Origin: Sphingobacteriaceae bacterium
Lineage (GTDB): Bacteria > Bacteroidota > Bacteroidia > UBA7662
Direction of reading: 5' to 3'
Length of the DNA stretch: 64,000 nucleotides
Assembly: GCA_030682795.1 (NCBI GenBank)
Contig: JAUXNJ010000031.1
Span: 49,772 to 113,771, forward strand
Each line of letters starts with the position of its first letter. The first letter of the stretch is position 1. The notes beneath the pieces are model-generated. The model had not been told where the DNA came from, searched no databases, and worked only from the letters and a program-made list of their open reading frames with translations. Shown piece by piece: positions 19,500-28,722 of the stretch. The position numbers were made by a program, and so were the translations under genes.

Positions 19500-20267
19500 T
19501 TACTTGTTTACTTTTTTTATGTAGGCCTCAATGGCCATTGTCATAGAAGGCGATTCGGGCGTTGGGGCAGGGATGTCTAAGCGCAAATCATGCTCCAAAA
19601 TAGCAGCGTGGGTTTGACTCCCGAAACCCGCTATACGTGTATTATCTTGTGAAAAATCAGGAAAATTCTCGAACAGGGACTTAATGCCGCTTGGACTAAA
19701 AAAGGCAAGCATATCATATTTAATATCGGCTAAATCACTCAAATCGCTTGAAACGGTTTTAAACATGACGCCTTGCTTTATTTCTATTCCGATTTTAGAG
19801 GCCTCCGCCACAAAACCACCTTTCATCACATCCGAACATGGCATGAGAAATTTTTCAGCCTTGTGCTTCACCATATACGGCAAAAGGTCTTCCATTTTAC
19901 CATCACCGAAAAACACCTTACGCTTACGCATCTGTATGTACTTTTGTACATACACCCCAATATTCTCAGAAATACAGAAATACTTGGTATCAATGGGCAT
20001 TTCGATCCTCATTTCCTCACACATTCTGAAAAAATGATCAATTGCATTGCGACTGTTGAACAAAATAGCTGTATATTCTGCAATGTTGATTTTATCCTTT
20101 CGGAAATCACGCGCAGCTACACCCTCTACCTTGATGAAAGGTCGGAAGTCGATTTTGATGTTGTATTTCTTGGCCAGCTCAAAATAGGGCGACTTATCGC
20201 TCTCGGGACGAGGCTGCGATACCAAGATGCTTTTTACTTTCAAATTAGGGCTCTCTGTGTTAGACAT
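19500..20267 (-). CDS. hemD: Uroporphyrinogen-III synthase (Bacteroidota type)
   Basis: VKSILVSQP..KSPY, IDFRPFI, FFSPSGIKSLFENFPDF; ATG at 20267 overlaps the end of the DUF4271 gene. Confidence 0.85.
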   Translation of the reverse strand: MSNTESPNLKVKSILVSQPRPESDKSPYFELAKKYNIKIDFRPFIKVEGVAARDFRKDKINIAEYTAILFNSRNAIDHFFRMCEEMRIEMPIDTKYFCISENIGVYVQKYIQMRKRKVFFGDGKMEDLLPYMVKHKAEKFLMPCSDVMKGGFVAEASKIGIEIKQGVMFKTVSSDLSDLADIKYDMLAFFSPSGIKSLFENFPDFSQDNTRIAGFGSQTHAAILEHDLRLDIPAPTPESPSMTMAIEAYIKKVNK

Positions 20268-21171
20268 GCAGCAGAAATTTGGCAATTACAGCTGTAGGGA
20301 TTATTTCAACGGCGCAAAAATACAAAATAAAGTGGAAGGCGTGCGCTACCAATACATTTGTTACTTGGCGAATAGCATTCACATAGCGCCAAACCAAACT
20401 CAATCCCAACAAAACCAATGCACTATACAAAGAAAATTGAGCTACATGAGCCGGCGCATAATAAATAAGAGCAAGAAATAAAAGCAAAACGGGACCTAAA
20501 AGGCGATGAATCAAGAAGACTTGACTCAAATAATAGCTCACCAGCTCACGCATTCCAAAGAGAATACCCAGTACTTTATAAAAGGCATATTTGAACAAAT
20601 AGACTAAAGTTACCGCCAATAAAATTCCGGGGAGCAGCAAAGCTGTGGGCCAAGCGGCCAACTGCGCCTGTTTTTCGGTAATAAGCTGCAATAACAGCAT
20701 GGCCAGTAACAAATTAAACACAAATAAGTAAATAAGCGAGCCTGCGGTGCGATTGGCCACCTGTTCGCGTGCAAACTGTAGCGCAAGCCGGTGATTGAAA
20801 AGGGCCGCCAACATACTTTTAAAATATTGTTGGTTTTTATAAATGAGTGCGGCAAGCACTAACCAAGCAGCTATTAATAGGATGAAAAAAGCATTGGCAA
20901 TGGTTGGTCTTTCGATAGGTTGAAAAAAAATACGTCCATCAATCCTCCGCTTAAAATTGGACCATTCTTTTGTAGTTAAATTAGTGGGATTGTACACCCC
21001 CATTATGCTCCCGCTAAATTGCTTCTCCCAAATTTCAGGAGATAGCATAGCGAGTGGATATAAATCAGAGTCCTTGTATATAATGGTTGTAGCCGCGCTG
21101 TCGACCTCCTGAGCCGACAAAGGCTGCAGGCCTGCTAGCAAAAGCAACATACATAGGAACAGTTTGAGCAT
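20260..21171 (-). CDS. DUF4271-like multi-pass membrane protein
   Basis: Signal peptide, several TM helices, C-terminal FHFILYFCAVEIIP. Confidence 0.8.
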   Translation of the reverse strand: MLKLFLCMLLLLAGLQPLSAQEVDSAATTIIYKDSDLYPLAMLSPEIWEKQFSGSIMGVYNPTNLTTKEWSNFKRRIDGRIFFQPIERPTIANAFFILLIAAWLVLAALIYKNQQYFKSMLAALFNHRLALQFAREQVANRTAGSLIYLFVFNLLLAMLLLQLITEKQAQLAAWPTALLLPGILLAVTLVYLFKYAFYKVLGILFGMRELVSYYLSQVFLIHRLLGPVLLLFLALIYYAPAHVAQFSLYSALVLLGLSLVWRYVNAIRQVTNVLVAHAFHFILYFCAVEIIPTAVIAKFLLHV

Positions 21172-21194
21172 TCCGCAAAGTTAACGCTAGGTTT

Positions 21195-22901
21195 TCATAG
21201 TAAATAGCGATATCCCAAATGAACCTTGGTATTTTGAAAACTGATGGGCGCACCGCGCTCAGACCCCAAGGCGTAGGCCACTGAAAAAATGCCTGCATTG
21301 GTTTGAAAAGTAATACCAGCCCCCAGTCCGTAAGGCGTATCCCTGTAGTTTTGGCCAATGGCCTCGTTGCGCAGCCAGCCGCCATTACCAAAGAGGTACA
21401 GCCAGGAGTTGGCATCCAGCAAAAAGCGCTGCTCTACATTAAAAATGAGGTAGCTGCTGGCTAAAACCGATTCTTCATCAAAGCCCTTGAGCGTTTTAAA
21501 TCCGCCAAAACGAAACAACTCGTTATAATACAACTGTTCGCTGAGCAAGGCGCGGCCGTGCCATTGCAACACACTTTGCCAGCGCACCAGCCAAGGCACC
21601 ACCAGCTGGCCCTCGGTGTGCAGCTGGAATTGGTCGAAGGTTTGGTTGCCTGCAAAACTGCCGTCGCTGCCCTGTGCATTGGCAGTGCGGCGGCCTGCAC
21701 CGGCGCCAAAAATGGCACTCCAGCCGCGGTAGGGATTAAATGCCCGATCGAGTCGCTGCACGCTGTACTCGAGTCCGTATATGTTGCCATCAACCCGGGC
21801 TTGGTTGAGACCGCTGGCTAAAGGGCCGCCAAGCAAGCGGTAGGAGCGCTGTTGGTAGAAGCCTTTGAGGTAATTGCCCGGACTAAAAGTGTACTCCAGG
21901 CCGGCATTCGACTGCACTTCGAGGAAGGAGCTGTCGCGGCGGAAGAGGCGGAAGTCGACATCTACCCCTACCGGACTGTTGAATAAAAAGGGCCAGCGCA
22001 TGCGCGAACGGAGGTCTTGGGTGCCAGGCTGCAGGCTTCGCCAGTTAAAACTGATGAGTTCTCCCCTGCTGAAAGTGCTCCAGAGCAGCAAATTAATGTC
22101 ACCTGTGAGCAGTAGTCGGCCATTGTCTGCCCCAGGAAAGAGGCCGAGCATGCCATCGAAACTATTTACCCGGCGCTGATCGGCATACACCACCAAGCTT
22201 GCTTTGTTGTTATAGAAAAAAAGTTGGGGGTCTTGAGTAAGATTGGCGTAGGGCAATGCATTGATATTGCGGCGCAAACGTTGGATATCGCGCTCATGAT
22301 ATGGCTGACCTTCACGGATTTGCAGGTAGCGAGCCAGCACTTTGGGGCGGAGCTTGAGGCTGCCGCCAATGCGCAGACTGTCGTAAAACACCTGCTTGCC
22401 TTTTTGGAAGCTGAGTTTGGCGCTGAGGCTGTCGCCTTGGATGCGGAGACTATCGTATTGCAGGCTTGCGAAGGGATAACCGTCGTTTTCGGCCAGGTTG
22501 AGCAACTGCTTACTCAAGGCATCGAGCCGGGGCATGTTGAGGTAGCCTTCAGCGGGGGGGCGGCGTTTGTAGCCCGCTATGGCCAGGTATTCGAGGGGGA
22601 TGCTGCTGAGGTCGAGTTGCGCCCAGCGGAAGCGTGGACCGAGGTGCAGACAGGCGTCTACGCTTTGTGCTTGCCAGCGCAGGGTGTCGTAGCCGGCCGA
22701 CAAAAAACCCCTTTGGCGGCTTTGCTGCAGCCAGTTTTGGAGGGCCCGAGCGGCACTGGCACTGTCGGTGAAACCTTGGGTGTGCCGCAGTTCGTGCTCG
22801 CCACAGTCGCGCAGTCGGAGTTCAAAATCTTGTGCTTTGCCCGTAAAAACGAGCAAAACGACCAAAAGTCCGCTTAAAATGGCACCGCGCTTGCAAAGCA
22901 T
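21195..22901 (-). CDS. Omp85 BamA/TamA-family outer-membrane protein (POTRA + barrel)
   Basis: ENDGYPFA POTRA; ELFRFGGFKTLKGFDEE (RGF-like L6 motif); amphipathic C-terminal strands. Confidence 0.85.
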   Translation of the reverse strand: MLCKRGAILSGLLVVLLVFTGKAQDFELRLRDCGEHELRHTQGFTDSASAARALQNWLQQSRQRGFLSAGYDTLRWQAQSVDACLHLGPRFRWAQLDLSSIPLEYLAIAGYKRRPPAEGYLNMPRLDALSKQLLNLAENDGYPFASLQYDSLRIQGDSLSAKLSFQKGKQVFYDSLRIGGSLKLRPKVLARYLQIREGQPYHERDIQRLRRNINALPYANLTQDPQLFFYNNKASLVVYADQRRVNSFDGMLGLFPGADNGRLLLTGDINLLLWSTFSRGELISFNWRSLQPGTQDLRSRMRWPFLFNSPVGVDVDFRLFRRDSSFLEVQSNAGLEYTFSPGNYLKGFYQQRSYRLLGGPLASGLNQARVDGNIYGLEYSVQRLDRAFNPYRGWSAIFGAGAGRRTANAQGSDGSFAGNQTFDQFQLHTEGQLVVPWLVRWQSVLQWHGRALLSEQLYYNELFRFGGFKTLKGFDEESVLASSYLIFNVEQRFLLDANSWLYLFGNGGWLRNEAIGQNYRDTPYGLGAGITFQTNAGIFSVAYALGSERGAPISFQNTKVHLGYRYLL

Positions 22902-22957
22902 ATGCAAATAAACGGGCTTTTGGTCATAGCATTTCAACTGCGTGGAGAAAAGCTGGC

Positions 22958-24430
22958 TTATTCCTCCTCATCGAAGCGGAACATGCTGCTGAGCAGGTCT
23001 TTAAAGGTGGTTTGGGTTTCGAGTTGCTGTTTGCTTAGCAGCGAATACTCTGAGAGCGCGTGCAATACAAATTCTTTGAGCAAGAGGCCATGTTCCTCTA
23101 CCATGGCTGGTTGATAGCGGTTAATGAGGTCGTCGAGGCCTGGTACCAGCGCCAATTGCGAGGCATACTCACCAGTGGAGGCTTCATTGAGCATGTCGAG
23201 GGTATTGCCTTCGCCAAACCAATTGAGGATGGCTTGGTAGGGTTGTTCGCCAGCCTTCTTTTTGAGCTTTTCGGGATCTGGAAAAAGATGCGGATAGAGG
23301 CTGCGGATGGCTTTTTTGATGAGGGAACGGGCCACGAGGGCGGGTCCCTCCTGCTCTCCTTCGTACACCAGCTCTACCTTGCCGGTGATGGCGGGCATGA
23401 TGGCGAACAGGTCGCTGATGCGGGCGGTGGTGTGCTCCTCATTATTGAGAATAGCACGGCGCTCGGCGGCACTCACGAGCTGCTCGAAGGCGGCGATGGT
23501 GAGGCGGGCGGAAACGCCGCTTTTTTGGTCTACAAACTCGCTCGCACGGGCTTCTACGGCCACTTGTTCGATGAGGTCTTCGAGCAAGGGCGCTACCTGC
23601 ACACGCTCGCGTTGGGCGGGCTTGAGTTGGGCTTCTTGCTGGGTAATTTTTTTACCGATGTCGATGCTGCGCGGGTAGTGGGTAAGGATTTGGCTTTCGA
23701 TGCGGTCTTTGAGCGGGGTTACAATGCTGCCGCGGTTGGTGTAGTCTTCGGGATTGGCGGTGAACACAAATTGTAAATCAAGTGGCAAGCGGAGTTTGAA
23801 GCCGCGTATTTGGATGTCGCCTTCCTGCAAAATGTTGAACAGTGCCACCTGAATGCGGGCTTGCAAATCGGGCAGCTCGTTGATTACAAAAATGCCGCGG
23901 TGCGCGCGGGGAATGAGGCCGAAATGAATCACGCGCTCATCGGCGTAGGATAAACGCAGGTTGGCGGCTTTGATGGGATCGGTATCACCAATGAGGTCGG
24001 CTACCGTTACATCGGGTGTGGCGAGCTTTTCGGTATAGCGCTCCGAGCGGTGGATCCAGCGGATGGGGGTGCGATCGCCTTGCTCCTCCACCCGATCGAT
24101 ACCGAAGCGGGTGATGGGACGAAGCGGATCGTCGAACAGCTCGGCGCCGTCGATTACGGGGATGTATTCGTCGAGCAACTCAATCATTTGTCGCGCCAAG
24201 CGGGTTTTGGCCTGGCCCCGCAAGCCCAGCAACAGCACATTGTGCCTGGCCAAAATGGCCCTTTCAAGCTCTGGAATCACCGATTCTTCGTAGCCATGAA
24301 TGCCTTCAAAGGGCGAAATCCCGGCTTTTAGCTTCACAATGAGGTTGTCGCGCAGTTCTTCTTTGATGGTTTTGGCCTTGTATCCTTGTCCACGGAGTTG
24401 TCCGAGGGTCTTTATCTTTTCAAAATTCAT
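22958..24430 (-). CDS. AAA+ ATPase (Mg-chelatase/MoxR-like clade)
   Basis: Variant Walker A GLRGQAKT, Walker B FVINELPDL, TANPEDYTNRG, PLKDRI; ATG at 24430. Confidence 0.88.
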   Translation of the reverse strand: MNFEKIKTLGQLRGQGYKAKTIKEELRDNLIVKLKAGISPFEGIHGYEESVIPELERAILARHNVLLLGLRGQAKTRLARQMIELLDEYIPVIDGAELFDDPLRPITRFGIDRVEEQGDRTPIRWIHRSERYTEKLATPDVTVADLIGDTDPIKAANLRLSYADERVIHFGLIPRAHRGIFVINELPDLQARIQVALFNILQEGDIQIRGFKLRLPLDLQFVFTANPEDYTNRGSIVTPLKDRIESQILTHYPRSIDIGKKITQQEAQLKPAQRERVQVAPLLEDLIEQVAVEARASEFVDQKSGVSARLTIAAFEQLVSAAERRAILNNEEHTTARISDLFAIMPAITGKVELVYEGEQEGPALVARSLIKKAIRSLYPHLFPDPEKLKKKAGEQPYQAILNWFGEGNTLDMLNEASTGEYASQLALVPGLDDLINRYQPAMVEEHGLLLKEFVLHALSEYSLLSKQQLETQTTFKDLLSSMFRFDEEE

Positions 24431-24518
24431 TTGCTCAATTTCTGAATAAACAGCCAGCGCTACCAGCTTGTTCATAAATAATTTTATAAATCTCAACGCG
24501 GCCCGCTTATCTTGGTGG

Positions 24519-27500
24519 ATGGCATTTACGGTTTATAGAGCGGCGGCGGGTTCGGGCAAGACTTTCACCTTGGTGAAGGAGTACTTACGTTTGGCGTTGG
24601 GTGCCCGGGAGCTCGATGGATTTAAGCACATTCTGGCCATCACCTTCACCAATAAAGCGGCTGGGGAGATGAAAAACCGGGTTTTGCAAGCTTTAGCCGA
24701 GTTTTCGGGTCGCACCGAAGGCAAGCGCTTCGACACCATGGCCGAGCTGCTGCAAGATGAATTGCATTTAAATCGGGAGGAACTGCGCGAGCGTTCCGAG
24801 CAGGTACTCACTGCCATGTTGCACCGCTATCAACAAGTGAGCATCGGCACCATCGACAGCTTTGTGGCGCGTTTGGCGCGGCAGTTTGCGCGGGAGCTGT
24901 TGCTAGACCAACAATTCGAAATCATCCTCGACCAGGAGCAACTGCTCAATCAGTCGGTGAGCCGCCTGCTCGCCCGCCTCGGCGAAGATCCGCTCATTAC
25001 CGAGCTGCTGGTAGGCTTTGCACAGGAGCAAACCGAGGACGATAAAAGCTGGGACATCAGCAAAAAACTGCTTGAATACGCCAAATTACTGCTGCGCGAC
25101 CAGATGCGGGAGATTTTGCCCTTGCTTCGGGAGCTCGATCCGTTGGCTTTTCAGGAGGAGCGGGCAAGACTCAAAGCAGCGAAAGCGCACCTCCTGCAAC
25201 CCATCCAGCAACAGGCGCAAACTATTATAGACCGATTAACGCAACTCGATGTAGTTGCCTCAAACATGGCAGGGGCTGAAACCAGTGGGGTTTTTGTGCA
25301 AATTAAACGTTTAGCCGAGGGAGATTTAAATCTCAAAAAAGGCATCACAGGTGCCATCGAAAAAAATGTTTGGCATGGCGGGAAGGCCAGCAAGGAAACC
25401 AAAGCAATCTTACAGGCCGAAGCAGATTGGCTCAGTAGTCATTGCCAGGTTCTCTTGGATTTGCACCAACATACCCTTGAGCGCATTACCTTGATCGACG
25501 CCATCCTCGACAAACAATACGCCATGGCCACCCTGGCTTTGCTGCAGCGCGAGTACGAAGCTTGGATGGAGGAAAACCAGGCCGCCCCGCTCAACAGTCT
25601 TTACTTCCGCATTGCCGACCTCCTCGCCGACACCCATACGCCTTTTATATATGAGCGTTTGGGCAACCGCTACCGGCATTTTTTAATCGACGAATTCCAA
25701 GACACCAGTGTGCTGCAGTGGCAAAACATGCTGCCCCTGGTAGAGAATGGCTTGAGTGCCGACTACGACAGTCTGCTTGTAGGCGACGCCAAACAAAGCA
25801 TCTACCGTTGGCGCAGTGGCGAGGCGGCGCAATTTGTACAAATGCCGCTGCCATATGGCGGGGGAATGCCGTCGCCGGTGCTGGAGGATGCTTACAGGGC
25901 CGAGACATTGAAGTACAATTACCGCTCGTACAAGGCCGTTATCGACTTCAACAACAGCTATTTTGAGTGGTTGAGCGCAGGAACGCCAGGTGCTTTGCAA
26001 GCCTTTTACGTAGAATTGGCGCAATTGGGTGGGAAGCCCGGTGGTTTGGTGCAGGTGGAGTTGTTGCCCGAAGTAGAAAAAGGCGCCGACAAAAACGAGC
26101 AGCGTTTGCAACGCATCTTAGCCTTGGTAGGAGAACTGGCTGCGGCCAAGGTGCCTTTTGGCGAACTGGCCGTGCTGGTACGCAGCAACAAATTGGGCAG
26201 CGCCATTGCAGTAGCCTTGCTAGAAGCTGGTTTTCCGGTGATCTCGAGCGATAGTCTTTTATTGAGCCAGCAACCCCACATTCGTTTGGTGATGGGTGTA
26301 CTGCAGTGGTTGCTCGACGAGAGCGACCGGGTAAACGCTCAGGCCTGTTTGCAGCTGCTGCAGTCGCTGAGTGGCCAAAGCTTCTCGCCAGGTACCCGGC
26401 TAGAGGCCGCGGTAGAGCAGTTGTACGGTCCTATGCCCGCCGATGTTTGGCGGATGTTGCCCTTGAGTGAATTGGTAGAGCAGGTGCTGAGTTATTTCAG
26501 GCTGCTGGAGGAGAGTAATGCTTTTGTATTGCGCTTGCTCGATTTGGTAGCTGAAAAAAGCGAGAAGTACCGGAGTTTGGCCGAGTTAATGGTCTGGTGG
26601 CACGACAAAGGTGTGGAGGCCTCCCTCAGCATGCCTGAAAAAGGCGATGCCATTCGGGTGATGACCTACCACAAATCGAAAGGCTTGGAGTTTGGGGTGG
26701 TGATTGTGGCGGATGCCGACACCAACAACAATTCGCTAAACCAAAAAGAAAGCTGGATCAGCACCGAACTTTCGCCCATTGGAACAGCCTTGGTAAGCAC
26801 AACCAAACTTGGTGGTGCTGGCGAACCCTTTAGTCGATTGCATGCCGAGGAGACCGAGATGACGCACATTGACTATGTAAATATGCTGTACGTAGCCTTC
26901 ACCCGGGCGGTAGGTGCCTTGTACATTTTGGGAAGCGAAAAAGCAAGCCGCAGCAGCAACTACAGTTTCAGCAAAAATTGGGGTTTGTACCTCAGCAGCA
27001 TTGGTCAGGAAGCCACAAACCTATATGCAGTAGGCAGTTTACCCACTTTTGAAAGGCCTCAGCAGCGCCAAAACCTGGTGCTGGAGCACCATCACTGGTC
27101 CAATTGGCGGGAGCGGATTGCTTTGCAGAACCATTTTGAGGGGGGCAAAGACAGTGGTGCGGCTTTAAGTTTGGGCCGGATGACGCATGAATTGCTTTCA
27201 GCTTTGCCTCATAAAAACGCTTTGGAATCTGCGGTAACGGGCTTGGTGGCCTCGGGACAACTTTCTCATGGGGATGTAGACTTACTCTTGCCAGCGGTAC
27301 GGGAGCTTTTGCAACGGCCCAGCATTGCGCGTTGGTTTGAGCCCGGCCTGGATGTGCGCAACGAAATCAGCATTTTAGATACCGATGGGCAGCAGTACCG
27401 GCCCGACCGCTTGGTGTTGCAGAACCAAAAAGCGCATGTACTCGAATTCAAAACCGGCGCTGAGCGGCCAGAGCACGCCCAGCAATTGCGCAACTATTTA

Positions 27501-27572
27501 CAGCTGCTGCAACAGATGGGATTTGAAACCAGCGGAGAATTGGTGTATATTGACCTCGAAACAACAAATTAA
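24519..27572 (+). CDS. UvrD/AddA-like SF1 helicase with C-terminal PD-(D/E)XK nuclease
   Basis: AAAGSGKT, ITFTNKAA, IDEFQDTS, VGDAKQSIYRWR, MTYHKSKGLEF, YVAFTRA, RPDRLV...EFKTG. Confidence 0.92.
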   Translation: MAFTVYRAAAGSGKTFTLVKEYLRLALGARELDGFKHILAITFTNKAAGEMKNRVLQALAEFSGRTEGKRFDTMAELLQDELHLNREELRERSEQVLTAMLHRYQQVSIGTIDSFVARLARQFARELLLDQQFEIILDQEQLLNQSVSRLLARLGEDPLITELLVGFAQEQTEDDKSWDISKKLLEYAKLLLRDQMREILPLLRELDPLAFQEERARLKAAKAHLLQPIQQQAQTIIDRLTQLDVVASNMAGAETSGVFVQIKRLAEGDLNLKKGITGAIEKNVWHGGKASKETKAILQAEADWLSSHCQVLLDLHQHTLERITLIDAILDKQYAMATLALLQREYEAWMEENQAAPLNSLYFRIADLLADTHTPFIYERLGNRYRHFLIDEFQDTSVLQWQNMLPLVENGLSADYDSLLVGDAKQSIYRWRSGEAAQFVQMPLPYGGGMPSPVLEDAYRAETLKYNYRSYKAVIDFNNSYFEWLSAGTPGALQAFYVELAQLGGKPGGLVQVELLPEVEKGADKNEQRLQRILALVGELAAAKVPFGELAVLVRSNKLGSAIAVALLEAGFPVISSDSLLLSQQPHIRLVMGVLQWLLDESDRVNAQACLQLLQSLSGQSFSPGTRLEAAVEQLYGPMPADVWRMLPLSELVEQVLSYFRLLEESNAFVLRLLDLVAEKSEKYRSLAELMVWWHDKGVEASLSMPEKGDAIRVMTYHKSKGLEFGVVIVADADTNNNSLNQKESWISTELSPIGTALVSTTKLGGAGEPFSRLHAEETEMTHIDYVNMLYVAFTRAVGALYILGSEKASRSSNYSFSKNWGLYLSSIGQEATNLYAVGSLPTFERPQQRQNLVLEHHHWSNWRERIALQNHFEGGKDSGAALSLGRMTHELLSALPHKNALESAVTGLVASGQLSHGDVDLLLPAVRELLQRPSIARWFEPGLDVRNEISILDTDGQQYRPDRLVLQNQKAHVLEFKTGAERPEHAQQLRNYLQLLQQMGFETSGELVYIDLETTN

Positions 27573-27574
27573 CC

Positions 27575-27745
27575 ATGTCGAAAATCAAACATCCCAACAG
27601 CATGCTGGGCTTGGGGGTAGCCTTAGGTGCAGGTATAGGTGTAGCCATGGACAACCTTGCCGTTGGTGTGGCCGTTGGCTTGTCAGTTGGACTCGCGTTC
27701 CGCCAACGATTGGTGCGTGAAGCAAACCGTCAAAATCAAAAATAA
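27575..27745 (+). CDS. Small glycine-zipper membrane protein (56 aa; absent from the ORF track)
   Basis: MSKIKHPNSMLGLGVALGAGIGVAMDNLAVGVAVGLSVGLAFRQRLVREANRQNQK*; starts 2 nt after the helicase stop and ends 8 nt before the next ATG. Confidence 0.75.
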   Translation: MSKIKHPNSMLGLGVALGAGIGVAMDNLAVGVAVGLSVGLAFRQRLVREANRQNQK

Positions 27746-27753
27746 AATTCCTT

Positions 27754-28236
27754 ATGCTCCCTCCTAGCCCTAAAACCGTCGCCACAAGCTTCTACACCAG
27801 TTTTGCGCAAGCCGATGCAGCGGGCATGGCCGCTTGTTACCATCCTGAGGTGCGGTTTAGTGACCCTGTATTTGGCAACTTAACCCATACTCAAGTTTGT
27901 GTCATGTGGCAAATGCTATTGGAGCGCTCACAAGGCAATCTTCAAATCGAATTTAAAGTGCTTTCGAGCAATGAAAGCGGTGCAAGCGTGGAATGGATAG
28001 CACGGTATCCTTTTGGCAAGCAAAAACGACCGGTGGTAAATGTGATACATGCCGATTTAAAAATGCGGGATGGCTTGATTGTGCTGCATGAAGATCATTT
28101 TGACTTTTGGCACTGGAGCAAGCAGGCCTTGGGCCTAAGTGGTTGTTTATTAGGATGGACACCTTTCCTCAAAAATAAAGTAAGGCAGCAAAGCCTCACG
28201 CTTTTAGCCCATTATTTAGCAGTCAAAAACCGTTGA
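27754..28236 (+). CDS. NTF2/SnoaL-like protein
   Basis: FYTSF..DAAGMAACYHPEVRFSDPVF, HEDHFDFWHWSKQALG. Confidence 0.85.
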   Translation: MLPPSPKTVATSFYTSFAQADAAGMAACYHPEVRFSDPVFGNLTHTQVCVMWQMLLERSQGNLQIEFKVLSSNESGASVEWIARYPFGKQKRPVVNVIHADLKMRDGLIVLHEDHFDFWHWSKQALGLSGCLLGWTPFLKNKVRQQSLTLLAHYLAVKNR

Positions 28237-28298
28237 TTTTCTTTTTTAATATTTTTGAAGGCGACAAACTAAAGTTAAAACCCTATCGTTAATTGCTC

Positions 28299-28718
28299 AT
28301 GTTTATCACTTGGTTATTTATCGCCCTATTTGGGAATGTCTTCCCTGCTGAAGTCCATCATGAACTGGTGATTCGCGTTACAAATATTCAAAACACCACT
28401 GGTTTGCCCCTATTAATTGGTGTTTATAAAAGTACAGACGGATTTCCAGGCTTTCATAAGAGTAGTTACCATAAGAAAGTGATTGCTAGATCTTCCGAAA
28501 TAACCGTCACTTTTAAGTTGCCTCCTGGGGAATACGCAGTTGGACTCATGCATGATATAAACGAAAACGGCCAAATTGACAAGAACTGGGTGGGCTATCC
28601 TACAGAACCTTTTGGATTTTCAAGAAATTTCAAACCAAAACTAGGCCCTCCTAGTTTTAACGATTGCAAAATCGACCTCAATAAAGGTAATCAACGCATT
28701 GAGATAAAACTGCTTTAA
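28299..28718 (+). CDS. DUF2141-family protein
   Basis: LPPGEYAVGLMHDINENGQID..GYPTEPFGFSRN. Confidence 0.85.
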   Translation: MFITWLFIALFGNVFPAEVHHELVIRVTNIQNTTGLPLLIGVYKSTDGFPGFHKSSYHKKVIARSSEITVTFKLPPGEYAVGLMHDINENGQIDKNWVGYPTEPFGFSRNFKPKLGPPSFNDCKIDLNKGNQRIEIKLL

Positions 28719-28722
28719 GCGG

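Noticed and set aside
13825-20267. Lower GC of the gld/por cluster as evidence of horizontal transfer
   Set aside because: These are core Bacteroidota genes in canonical order with no mobility marks; codon bias of highly expressed genes is the simpler explanation.
22224-23776. Long antisense ORFs (e.g. 22224-22877, 23060-23776; also 3545-4153, 13819-14463)
   Set aside because: Shadow frames of well-supported genes on the opposite strand, with no recognisable motifs.
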